Source: Macrostomum lignano (Eukaryota). Taken from it: a stretch of DNA of 35,532 nt. The position numbers and the translations under genes were made by a program. A model generated the notes under the pieces. That model worked only from the letters and a program-made list of their open reading frames with translations, searched no databases and was not told the origin of the DNA. The stretch spans positions 1 through 35,532 of the forward strand of contig NIVC01003556.1 in NCBI GenBank assembly GCA_002269645.1, in the 5' to 3' direction. The first letter of the stretch is position 1, and every line of letters begins with the position of its first letter. Of the stretch, positions 26,416-35,532 are shown in pieces.

Positions 26416-29125
26416 CTGGGTTGATTTGGGATGAGCGGCTGCTGGGACTTTGATGAGTGGCCGGGGATCTGGGAGGCTGGCCTAGCAACTGAGGATCTGG
26501 GAGGCTGGCCCAGCAACTGATCTGGGAGGCTGGCCCAGCAACTGAGGATCTGGGAGGCTGGCCCAGCAACTGAGGATCTGGGAGGCTGGCCCAGCAACTG
26601 ATCTGGGAGGCTGGCCCAGCAACTGAGGATCTGGGAGGCTGGCCCAGCAGCTGAGGATCTGGGAGGCTGGCCCAGCAACTGAGGACCCGGGAGGCTGGCC
26701 CAGCAACTGGGGATCTGAAAGGCTGGCCCAACAACTGAGAATCTGGGAGGCTGGCCCAGCAACTCAGGATCTGGGAAGCTCGGATCAGCCTGGTGAATGT
26801 GGTCCAGCATCAGTCAGTCCCGCAGCAGTCTCACCAGGCTGGCATTCCTGGCAGCGATGGAGCTGACATCCAATCCCGGCAGATCCACAAACAGCCGCCT
26901 GCTGCCCAATTCAGTTCTGTAGCGCCGCAGCACAGCAGCTTCAGGCTGCGGCTCACCTGGCGCCTTGGCCATCCAGACAGTCAACGAGGCGGTGGCGCCA
27001 CCACCAGCGTCGCAAGCTTCAACAAGCCAGCACAGCTGGGCGAGCGAATCGGAAAGCAGACTGGCCCTGACAGGAAAGGTCACCGCAGACGGGGCCGATG
27101 CGGAAGAAGATTTCTCTCTCATAGAAGTCACGAGCTCCCACATGGGGACCACGTGCTCCCAGCCGTAGCGGCGGTTGCCGATGTCCCTGGCTGAGTAGCC
27201 GGTTGTCCAACCGACAGACAGGAGGGCACGCGGCGTCAGCTCGCTGTGGAAGCGAAGAAACCGCCGATGGTCGATCGGCTCCTGAAGAAGAAATGTTTCA
27301 TTGTCGTGAGCATCTACACCCTCTGAGGCTTTAGGGTTGGCCCTAGTGGTCCCACTAAAGTTCGCACCTTATCAGCCGGAGCGCCAGGCCCGCGCAGGAT
27401 GTCAGCATTGACAATGACAGGCCCAGGAAGTCGGTCAGCCACTCTGGCGACTCTCTGCAGGCAGAGCTCCACCACTTCGATCGCTTTGAAGTCCAGCTTG
27501 ATGCCAACGGTGGAGTTGGAGGCTGCCACTGTGGCCAGGTATTCATCGAAGGTCAAGTCGGAATCTGTGTCAGGCGGATGGGCCATGATGGGCAGCAGCT
27601 CCTGCTGGCTTGTGCCGGCACCCTTCATCAGTACGTCAGATTCTAGGACCATGACTCGATTCGGGCCTGAGGAATAGGGCGGTTTCGGCTCTCTGAGCAA
27701 TCTAGCATTTTGGTTTGAAATTACTGAGACTTCCTGAGTTTCCTGGGATAGGTTCTCTGTTCTAGATCCCTGTCTTAGGTCTCTGTTCTAGATCCGTCTG
27801 CCTTAGGTCTCTGTTCTAGATCCCTGTCTTAGGTCTCTGTTCTAGATCCCTGTCTTAGGTCTCTGTTCTAGATCCCTGTCTTAGGTCTCTGTTCTAGATC
27901 CCTGTCTTAGGTCTCTGTTCTAGATCCCTGTCTTAGGTCTCTGTTCTAGATCCCTGTCTTAGGTCTCTGTTCTAGATCCCTGTCTTAGGTCTCTGTTCTA
28001 GATCCCTGTCTTAGGTCTCTGTTCTAGATCCCTGTCTTAGGTCTCTGTTCTAGATCCCTGTCTTAGGTCTCTGTTCTAGATCGTCTTAGGTCTCTGTTCT
28101 AGATCCCTGTCTTAGGTCTCTGTTCTAGATCCCTGTCTTAGTCTCTGTTCTAGATCCCTGTCTTAGGTCTCTGTTCTAGATCCCTGTCTTAGGTCTCTGT
28201 TCTAGATCCCTGTCTTAGGTCTCTGTTCTAGATCCCTGTCTTAGGTCTCTGTTCTAGATCCCTGTCTTAGGTCTCTGTTCTAGATCCCTGTCTTAGGTCT
28301 CTGTTCTAGATCCCTGTCTTAGGTCTCTGTTCTAGATCGGTCTTAGGTCTCTGTTCTAGATCCCTGTCTTAGGTCTCTGTTCTAGATCCCTGTCTTAGTT
28401 CTCTGTTCTAGATCCCTGTCTTAGGTCAGATCCCTGTCTTAGTTCTCTGTTCTAGATCCCTGTCTTAGGTCTCTGTTCTAGATCCCTGTCTTAGGTCTCT
28501 GTTCTAGATCCCTGTCTTAGGTCCTCCAGAATATTCTGATCCACTGTCATAAATAGGTCACTGAATACATTGGCATGCAATTTTCCAATAATCATGCAAT
28601 TATCAATCACCATTCAACGCATCGTGAAGCAGTTTCTTAGAATTGGTAGCGTGGGACCACGTGATCTTAGTGGCGTCGTCTTTAACCTCGGGAAAATAGG
28701 ACAGAATGTCGTGCATTTGCTTAGGTTTGACTTCAAACACAGACGAATAGGCCATTTTAAACAGGTAGACAGCAAGACCTGGAGATTATTCATTGATAGT
28801 AATAAATATAGAAAGCATTTCCAGGAATAGAAATATTTTAGGAATCATTCAGAAGTGAAACTTACCAGTATAAATGAAGTACAGACCAACAAATACCCAG
28901 AATAGCATATAGCACACAATGTACTTTTGTGTAGAACGTGGAAACAATTGCAAGTAGGACACTGGGTTCAATGGATTGGCCACAAACTGGGGCCTCTTTC
29001 TAAAATTCAAGCAATTTGTGTGCAATTTATGCCAGATCTCTCATGCCATGTTAGTTAGCTTTATCAGCTTTTGTAAGAAAATTTATTACAGAAAGAAAAA
29101 ATGGTATAAACTCACCCTGCAGCAT
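25768..29125 (-). CDS. FAM151: FAM151/menorin-like (DUF2181) protein; join complement(29116-29125,28611-28778,27368-27666,26835-27281,25768-26415) = 523 aa, or 314 aa if reading ends at TGA 26814
   Basis: Motifs KITWSHATNS, VLESDV, PIMAHPPDTDSDLT, GIKLDFK, PVIVNADILRGP, LSVGWTT, VTFPVRA, SLTVW match FAM151/menorin. All junctions GT-AG with matching phases and no frameshift. First coding micro-exon and last exon are less certain. Confidence 0.85.
26466..26780 (-). repeat. Second array of the 28-bp minisatellite, inverted relative to 23495-24625
   Basis: Units CCCAGCAACTGAGGATCTGGGAGGCTGG, ~11 copies. Confidence 0.95.
26814..27281 (-). CDS. FAM151: FAM151-like exon (EPIDHRRFLRF...LSVGWTTG...VTFPVRA...LFVDLPG)
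   Basis: Acceptor TTCTTCTTCAG phase 0; 86-nt upstream intron. Confidence 0.88.
   Translation of the reverse strand, partial: EPIDHRRFLRFHSELTPRALLSVGWTTGYSARDIGNRRYGWEHVVPMWELVTSMREKSSSASAPSAVTFPVRASLLSDSLAQLCWLVEACDAGGGATASLTVWMAKAPGEPQPEAAVLRRYRTELGSRRLFVDLPGLDVSSIAARNASLVRLLRD
27368..27666 (-). CDS. FAM151: FAM151-like exon (VLESDV...PIMAHPP...GIKLDFK...NADILRGP)
   Basis: Acceptor TATTCCTCAG phase 1, donor GTGCGA. Confidence 0.9.
27750..28522. repeat. 26-bp minisatellite (GATCCCTGTCTTAGGTCTCTGTTCTA)n in a FAM151-like intron
   Basis: About 29 highly homogeneous units. Confidence 0.96.
28611..28778 (-). CDS. FAM151: FAM151-like exon (LAVYLFKMAYSSVFEV...KITWSHATNSKKLLHDALN)
   Basis: Acceptor AATCTCCAG, donor GTGATT phase 1; W-x-H-A-x-N-S motif. 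Confidence 0.85.
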
Positions 29126-30418
29126 ATGCCATAAATATTAGTACTCAGCCAGCAGTCAGGCTGTAATAAATTTAATATTTAAAATTATATTTATGGTAGC
29201 TGAAATTTGTGAAATTAGAAATAGAAATTTCTGACAATGTCTAGGGCTATCTTAAAAATAGTTTTCTCTCATTAGGATATAATTATAATTATTATTATCC
29301 AATTGTTGCAAAGTAGACAAAGTATTTTTTAAATACAGTAAATACAAACAAATTTCTCAACTTTATAACTGACACAAAGCCCTGGTCATTTACTACAAAA
29401 TTCTAATCAGATTTACACTAAGTGAAACAAGGCTTTAAACTATTTTTTGAATACTTTGACTATTTGTAGACTTAAGGAAGATATCAATAAATAAGAATAT
29501 AAGATTTGAAAGGAATCTACTTCTAAGATAAGATTGACAATACTCAAAATCAAATGAACTTGACTAACATTAGTATAGATTAGGGAAAAAAGTAATTAAA
29601 TGAAAAGAAGCCTTACAAGTTTTGTTTACAATGCAAAATAGTGATCACGAAAGTAGTGTAAATTATGTTATTCCTGTAATCCTGTATTAGCATATTGTTG
29701 ATATTATAGTTCTAAACTTTATCGCATATCATTAAAATATCTTCATACAGCACCATATATATTATTCGAAATGGCTACAGAAGGCCTAAATGACTTATAG
29801 TCACCAATGTAATATTAGTACTAAATAAAAAAAAATAAACCATTTTCGAATAGGCCTTGAAGCTTGAAAATTATGCCGCTAACTCGTAATTTTTTGTGGT
29901 AAATATATAACTGAAAACACTTGAAGATAATAAAAATTATAAAATGATTAATGAAGAGATGGGGAATATTTAGCGTTCAACAAAATTTTGATCGCAAACC
30001 GCACACCGTGCATACGATTAAGGGTAACTCTGCTGACTGCTCTGTCAACTGGCAAAGTAAAGTATTATAAAGCAAACCGCATTCAATAAATTGATGACAT
30101 GCGCCAGTTAAACTCTGAAACCAAGCACGGAAATCTATTGCTTGAATATGATTTATTTTTCTTTTTAAGACAAAACCTAAAATAAACATTTTATTCCATG
30201 TTTTTTGTTGACATGAAATTATATAATCACAAATATTAAAGCCTTTAGTTATTACACAGTACTTTTGTTTAACGGTGTTGCCTCGCCTGACAAGTTTGCC
30301 TCCGTGTAGTTTTAAGCTACATGGCCTCTATTCGCATTCAATACTTAAAGTATGAAACCTAGCATGCTTCTTAACAATTTTAAAGGGTTTGGGAAAGCCT
30401 GGCATTGAACTCGATGCC

Positions 30419-30842
30419 TCAGCTAGGCCCACCCAGTTCCAGCCTGATGAACGCTTTCCAGTCCGAGATCCGCCCAAGAAGAAGTGCTACCGAATCTTGC
30501 ACTTTTCATAGGTAAAGTCCAGCTGATCCAGTTCCGCTTCGCTGGTTATGTCGGCCATGATTGCCAGATTGCCAGTGCCAAACTCGCACGTACGTACAGC
30601 AGTCTGTTCACCGACCATGAGTTGCCTGTGTTTACATGCTACAGCTTGTTTTTTATACTTCACTCTACATGGGTCGTCTCCGTAGCCAGACGGTTTTTGT
30701 AAAATTCAACGTTTTCAACTAATATGTTTGTTGTTTGCCGTAAATAAATATTCACAGAAGCTGGCTGTGGGTATACCCTGCAGCAAACGCCTACATACGA
30801 GGCAGGGACAACTAAAACCCTCGGGACGCGAAACGAGCCAAT
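30419..30842 (-). CDS. Candidate small gene or pseudogene; segments 30664-30842 and 30419-30625
   Basis: ATG-less open frame ...SFRVPRVLVVPASYVGVCCRVYPQPASVNIYLRQTTNILVENVEFYKNRLATETTHVE, a 38-nt GT-AG gap, then QLMVGEQTAVRTCEFGTGNLAIMADITSEAELDQLDFTYEK(V)QDSVALLLGRISDWKAFIRLELGGPS* after restoring one A at 30503-30506. Confidence 0.33.
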
Positions 30843-31302
30843 TCATGGCAAAAAATCTGAGGGGCTTGCTTAAAAGTATTGTTCTATGGCTTTTTCAAGT
30901 CTTCTCTGCTATCAGGCATTAACGGTTAGATTAAATAGTAAAGCGAGGCAATGCGCCTGCTTCGCAAGGTTTGCAACTGCCAACTGACAATAACTGCAGG
31001 GATCAACACCTGGACACAATCCAACTTTGCTTATAACAGCAGACGCAATTCGACGATTTATGGCTTCGCCTTTCAGTGATGTTTTTGGCTTTGAGCCTTT
31101 GCTTCGAAGCGATGCGGCGGCTGCTCAATGCATCAATTCAACGGCGATGGCTAATTGTGAAAAAAGAACAGCAGCGCGCAGCTGTGGCCTCCAGGTTGGC
31201 GGCTAGAATCAAAATTGCCTAGCAGCGAATGCGCGGGAACGTCACGCGAGGATTGCCAAGGCATTAGAGAAAATTACCGTCGCGACGATCAAAAGGCGGA
31301 AT

Positions 31303-31357
31303 ACTTTTGTCACGGACTACTTAACTTAACCACAATTAAGTAGTCCGTGACTTTTGT
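31303..31357. mobile_element. 39-bp TIR remnant flanked by an 8-bp direct repeat (P- or hAT-like footprint)
   Basis: ACTTTTGT + CACGGACTACTTAA-CTTAACCACAA-TTAAGTAGTCCGTG + ACTTTTGT. Confidence 0.75.
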
Positions 31358-31947
31358 CCACTTGGAGCGACTGCGCGTACCCAGTGCGCAGAGGCGTGTG
31401 TGACAAAACGTCTACCAGTTGACTGCTGGCCTAGCTATAAAGCGCTGTGTCAATGGAGTACTTCTGAAGCGATGCAGGACGCAGGCTGAACCTTATAGTT
31501 GAAGTGCTTCCCCAATAGTTTGGTGACTTTAACTAATATAACATGTAAATTTTGACAAATCGTTCATTGACCCGGACTTTACAATCCGGGTATTGCAAAA
31601 AGCAAACCTTAGTTTCTCAGCCAGATATTTCAACCTGCTTGTGACTTCCGGGGGGAGACTGCAAGTAACCCCGGGGAATTCAAAGCAGCCTGAGATATCC
31701 GGACCGCGGATTATTCTTTAAGATGCTTGGAACGTCCGGGGGGAGATCAGAAAGTACTTGTACTATATGGGCGGATAACACAAGACACGGATATCCGAAA
31801 GTATAACTCCGGAGCAGAGGTACGTGTAGCATCGGCAGAGTCAGGTGCATTTGCAAGGGACAAAGAACAAAGAACAGCACAATCTTCCATTGATTATTGT
31901 TCATATTCACTAGGATAGTCAAATAGCGGGACAATTATTTCTAGCAG

Positions 31948-32299
31948 TCAATAACAGGGATCAGGACACGGCTGTAGCCTTAGAAACAGGTGGTCAACTA
32001 GCAGGGCATTGCGTAGTTCGCGTTCAAACTCCTCCTGGGTGACCGTGGCGTCGGCCACTCCACGTCGCATTATCGACACCCGGGCGGTCAGGTCTAACAC
32101 TCCAAGGCCGTCAGACGGTAGGTCAAGTACTGCCAGGCGCCAGTAGAACCACCGATCCGGCTGCATGCTGTAGTTCTGCAGCAGGTGGCTCACTGTGCTG
32201 GCCGATAGAAGCGGCTGGTCTGGACAGTGCGGCAGGAGGGTCTTAAGATTGGCTTGGTTACCGAAATTTTGTCGGCGTCTAAGGCAACATCGAGAGTTG
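31948..32299 (-). CDS. F-box gene terminal exon
   Basis: Acceptor TGTGTTTAG phase 2; unique part of ORF 31948..32421. Confidence 0.7.
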
Positions 32300-35200
32300 C
32301 TAAACACATTTTGATGAGAGATGTTAGACACGGAAATGTTGACGAGAGAGATGTTCGACACGGAAATTATGACGAGAGAGATGTTCGACACGGAAATGAT
32401 GACGAGAGAGATATTTGACACGGAAATGGTGACGAGAGGTGTTAGACACGGAAGAGGTCCATAATCTTAGACACAAAATAAAGTAGATTGCAGAGAAATA
32501 ATATGCTTTAATCAGTACGTCGTTTAAAGTAAAGACAATATTCGAAAAATATATAAAAACACGTAAAAATCACCATTAAGTTCGCGATGTCCTTTGCAGG
32601 TAACATCTATTGAGCATTCGAAATTGGAAATCGTCACACTCCGACGGTTGATCCTGTGAGGCGAAATGCGACGTCTGTGCTCAATCTAGATGACGTTGTT
32701 GCGTTAGTTTATAAAAATCTTTCGAGACACTAGAATAACTAGATGGGCCACTCAGCACATTTGCGTGTAAGCTACTTTCAGTTCAGTAGTAAGTTAAACT
32801 GAAGAAGACTTTATCGTATTTTTAAAGCCAAGACTCATTTATTGGCTCTTAGACTTACCCCCTTCAGCTTAAACCCTCCAAATGCGCCTTTCCACACTAC
32901 CCCCCCCCCCTGCCCGCCCCAATTTTTATTGCCTTTCTCGGAATTCCAGCCTAAAGCTGCCATGTACATTTCAGTGGACTGGCCACAATGTACATTATTG
33001 CTGAATTAATTAGCAAGCTGTTTACGTCTTCAAGTTAGGCTTCTAAACTTATCAAAGTCATTTCAGCTGCCTTTAAAATAGCTTATGTATTCTTCTTTGC
33101 TACTGAAATGGAAGTAGAAAGCTATTTTACTAAGTATATATGCCTGAGTGACCCATCTAGTTATTCTAGTATCTGTTTTCGAACTTAAAAGCGACGAATA
33201 ATTAATAAGAATGCACCTGGCCTGCAACAGTGGAACCCGAACGCCGGAGCTGTCAGCAGCCGAAGCCACCGATTCGGAGTCGAGAGGATCGCAGAGCAGC
33301 TTCTTGACGCGTAGCAGCAGGTCGTAGCGACCCGGGTGCACGCCGACAAAACTGAAATCCATGCTTAGCGGCTGGCCCAGAAACACAGGGCTGAGCAGGG
33401 GCGCGGGGAACAGGGCCCCTGTTAGAGACGACTCAGGCACCAGTCTGGCTGCTTCACTGCGCTGCTGCTCCTAGGGGAGAGGAGAGAGCATGGTTTTCGG
33501 CATTGGAGATAGATTGGATAGATTGGATAAAGAAGATTGGAAATAGGCTATCAGGGGCAGAGCACATGTACATGTAGCTACAATGCATGACAATCATCAG
33601 ATGACATCCAAATGCAGTGGCGTCGCCACTGGGGGACTGTAAAACCAATGGGGGACATACCAGTGCTTTTCTTCCAGCCCCACCTTGTGACCCGTTGTGG
33701 AAATCAATATTGTTGCTTTAGGGCGCCAAAATGAGTTGCCTGTCTGTGGCGCCAAAATGAGTTGCCTGTCTGCGGCGCCAAAATGAGTTGCCTGTCTGTG
33801 GCGCCAAAATGAGTCGCCTGTCTGTGGCGCCAAAATGAGTTGCCTGTCTGTGGCGCCAAAATGAGTCGCCTGTCTGTGGCGCCAAAATGAGTTGCCTGTC
33901 TGCGGCGCCAAAATGAGTCGCCTGTCTGTGGCGCCAAAATGAGTTGCCTGTCTGTGGCGCCAAAATGAGTTGCCTGTCTGCGGCTCCAAAATGAGTTGCC
34001 TGTCTGTGGCGCCAAAATGAGTTGCCTGCTTGCGGCGCCAAAATGAGTTGCCTGTTTGCGGCGCCAAAATGAGTTGCCTGTTTGCGGCGCCAAAATGAGT
34101 TGCCTGTCTGTGGCGCCAAAATGAGTTGCCTGTCTGTGGCGTCAAAAATGAGTTGCCTGTCTGCGGCGCCAAAATGAGTCGCCTGTCTGTGGCGCCAAAA
34201 TGAGTTGCCTGTCTGTGGCGCCAAAATGAGTTGCCTGTCTGCGGCTCCAAAATGAGTTGCCTGTCTGTGGCGCCAAAATGAGTTGCCTGCTTGCGGCGCC
34301 AAAATGAGTTGCCTGTTTGCGGCGCCAAAATGAGTTGCCTGTTTGCGGCGCCAAAATGAGTTGCCTGTCTGTGGCGCCAAAATGAGTTGCCTGTCTGTGG
34401 CGTCAAAAATGAGTTGCCTGTCTGCGGCGCCAAAATGAGTTGCCTGTCTGCGGCGCCAAATGGATAATTTTCAACTGGTTTCAAATCTCACTTGAGCACG
34501 TCCGTCAAGGAGCAGCTGCTCAGGCTGAGCCCTGTACAGCCCCAGCAGCGCGTGCAGGTAGAGCCTGGCGAACGGGTTCCTACCGCAGCAGGTGTCTTTA
34601 TTAACAAACGCCAACAGTTGCGCAGATAATCGGCGCCAAAATGGCGTCGAATTCGTTCAACCCAGCAGGCGTCGCTGGCGCCTCGGTCGGTTGTCGGCGA
34701 GTCGATGTTGACATCCACGACGCCGCAGAGGCGACGAAAAGCTGGCGAAACCTTGCAGACGCGGGCCAGTTCGAGTAGGTTGAGGCTGGCAGCGATTCGG
34801 GCCAGACAGTCTGGCGGCAGCCGGTCGAGCAGTGGCGGCCCCGGCCTGCGGAAAAAGATACAGAAAAAACACTGAGGCAGCTGAATTTCCCAGGACTGCA
34901 GGGGTCGGCAAAGTTTTTCTGCCCTGAGCTAAGGACTGCGGACCAGCTAAGAGAGGAGAGGCGAGAGAGAGAGAGAGAGGAGAGGAGAGAGGAGAGAGGA
35001 GAGGAGAGAGGAGAGAAGAGAGGAGAGAGGAGAGGAGAGGAGAGAGGAGAGGAGAGGAGAGGAGAGAGGAGAGAGGAGAGGAGAGGACAGGAGAGGAGAG
35101 GAGAGGAGAGAGGAGAGGAGAGGAGAGAGGAGAGGAGAGGAGAGGAGAGAGGAGAGAGAGAGAGGAGAGAGGAGAGGAGAGAGAGAGGAAGGAGAGGACA

Positions 35201-35532
35201 GGAGAGGAGAGGAGAGGAGAGGAGAGAGGAGAGGACAGGAGAGAGAGGAGAGGAGAGGAGAGAGGAGAGGAGAGGAGAGAGGAGAGGAGAGGAGAGGAGA
35301 GAGAGAGGAGAGAGGAGAGAGGAGAGGAGAGGAGAGGAGAGTAGGGAGAGGAGAGGACAGGAGAGGAGAGGACAGGAGAGGAGAGGATGATGCCATTGGG
35401 CATTAAGAATCCTATAGGCTTAAAACCATGGTGTCACTGCATAGCCCAGCATAAGCACACCAGCGCCAAACTCACAATCGTTCGCAGAAGCGCAAGGAAC
35501 CTCTGCATCTTTCATCTGACAGCTCATTCTCA
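31948..35532 (-). CDS. F-box protein, 5'-partial; join complement(35476->35532,34492-34845,33217-33470,31948-32299)
   Basis: F-box pattern LLDRLPPDCLARIAASLNLLELARVCKVSPAFRRLC...DACWVERIRRHFG. GT-AG junctions with phases 2,0,2 match once one C is restored at ~34620. Ends LLVDHLFLRLQPCPDPCY*. Confidence 0.75.
32325..32453. repeat. 30-bp tandem repeat (GAGAGATGTTCGACACGGAAATGATGACGA) x4
   Basis: Direct reading; just upstream of the terminal exon acceptor. Confidence 0.88.
32725..33176. mobile_element. ~450-bp MITE-like element with TIR AGA(C/T)ACTAGAATAACTAGATGGG(C/T)CACTCAG
   Basis: Ends are reverse complements over ~30 bp; 32725-32799 matches the reverse complement of 18603-18677 at 72/75. 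Confidence 0.75.
33217..33470 (-). CDS. F-box gene internal exon (EQQRSEAARL...DFSFVGVHPGRYDLLLRVKK...LLQA)
   Basis: Acceptor TCTCCCCTAG phase 0, donor GTGCAT phase 2. Confidence 0.72.
33721..34460. repeat. 26-bp minisatellite (GCGCCAAAATGAGTTGCCTGTCTGTG)n in an F-box intron
   Basis: About 28 units; source of the QATHFGA ORFs. Confidence 0.96.
34492..34845 (-). CDS. F-box-encoding exon
   Basis: Acceptor TTTTTCCGCAG, donor GTGAGA; 1-bp deletion at ~34620. Confidence 0.78.
34899..34920 (+). mobile_element. Isolated Charlie-like hAT terminus CAGGGGTCGGCAAAGTTTTT
   Basis: Matches the TIR of 19956-20506; no partner end or TSD seen in the window. Confidence 0.4.
34950..35387. repeat. GA-rich simple repeat (GAGAG)n
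   Basis: Direct reading; CT-rich on the F-box sense strand. Confidence 0.95.

Noticed and set aside
25786-26810. Multiple overlapping Arg/Ala-rich ORFs on both strands
   Set aside because: Shadow frames of one GC-rich exon; only the minus frame ending at 25768 fits splice phase and looks like a folded domain.
29977-30189. 70-aa minus-strand ORF with a C-terminal CxxC
   Set aside because: No in-frame connection to FAM151 exons, no recognisable motif, AT-rich context.
33597-34484. QATHFGA-repeat ORFs
   Set aside because: Translations of the 26-bp intronic minisatellite.

Overview
Eukaryotic (invertebrate animal-like) genomic DNA: short spliced genes whose introns and spacers are packed with micro- and minisatellites and small transposon relics. 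The resemblance to minisatellite-rich flatworm (Macrostomum-type) long-read assemblies is inference only. Most ORFs in the supplied track are repeat artefacts. Reading GT-AG exons by hand gives six or seven genes: (1) tryptophan 2,3-dioxygenase (minus, 5 exons, 3' end outside the window, three 1-bp homopolymer indels); (2) an unrecognised ~134-aa four-exon gene (plus, 14259-16913); (3) a secreted fibrinogen-related protein (plus, 17139-21273); (4) an orphan single-TM protein (plus, 22560-23452); (5) a FAM151/menorin-like gene with a possible extra C-terminal exon (minus); (6) an F-box gene with a possible PP2-like C-terminus (minus, 5' end outside the window); (7) a weaker frameshifted candidate at 30.4-30.9 kb. 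Mobile DNA: a full-length tRNA-derived SINE with TSD, a Buster/Charlie-type hAT MITE with an 8-bp TSD, two copies of a TIR element, two decayed LINE 3' ends, and a 39-bp relic resembling a P-element excision footprint. Several intronic minisatellites are built from regulatory- or splice-like motifs (AP-1 ATGACTCAT array, CAG|GT/E-box array, 3' splice-site mimics). No CRISPR, rRNA or intact tRNA found. No searches or computations were run; family calls rest on motif recognition.
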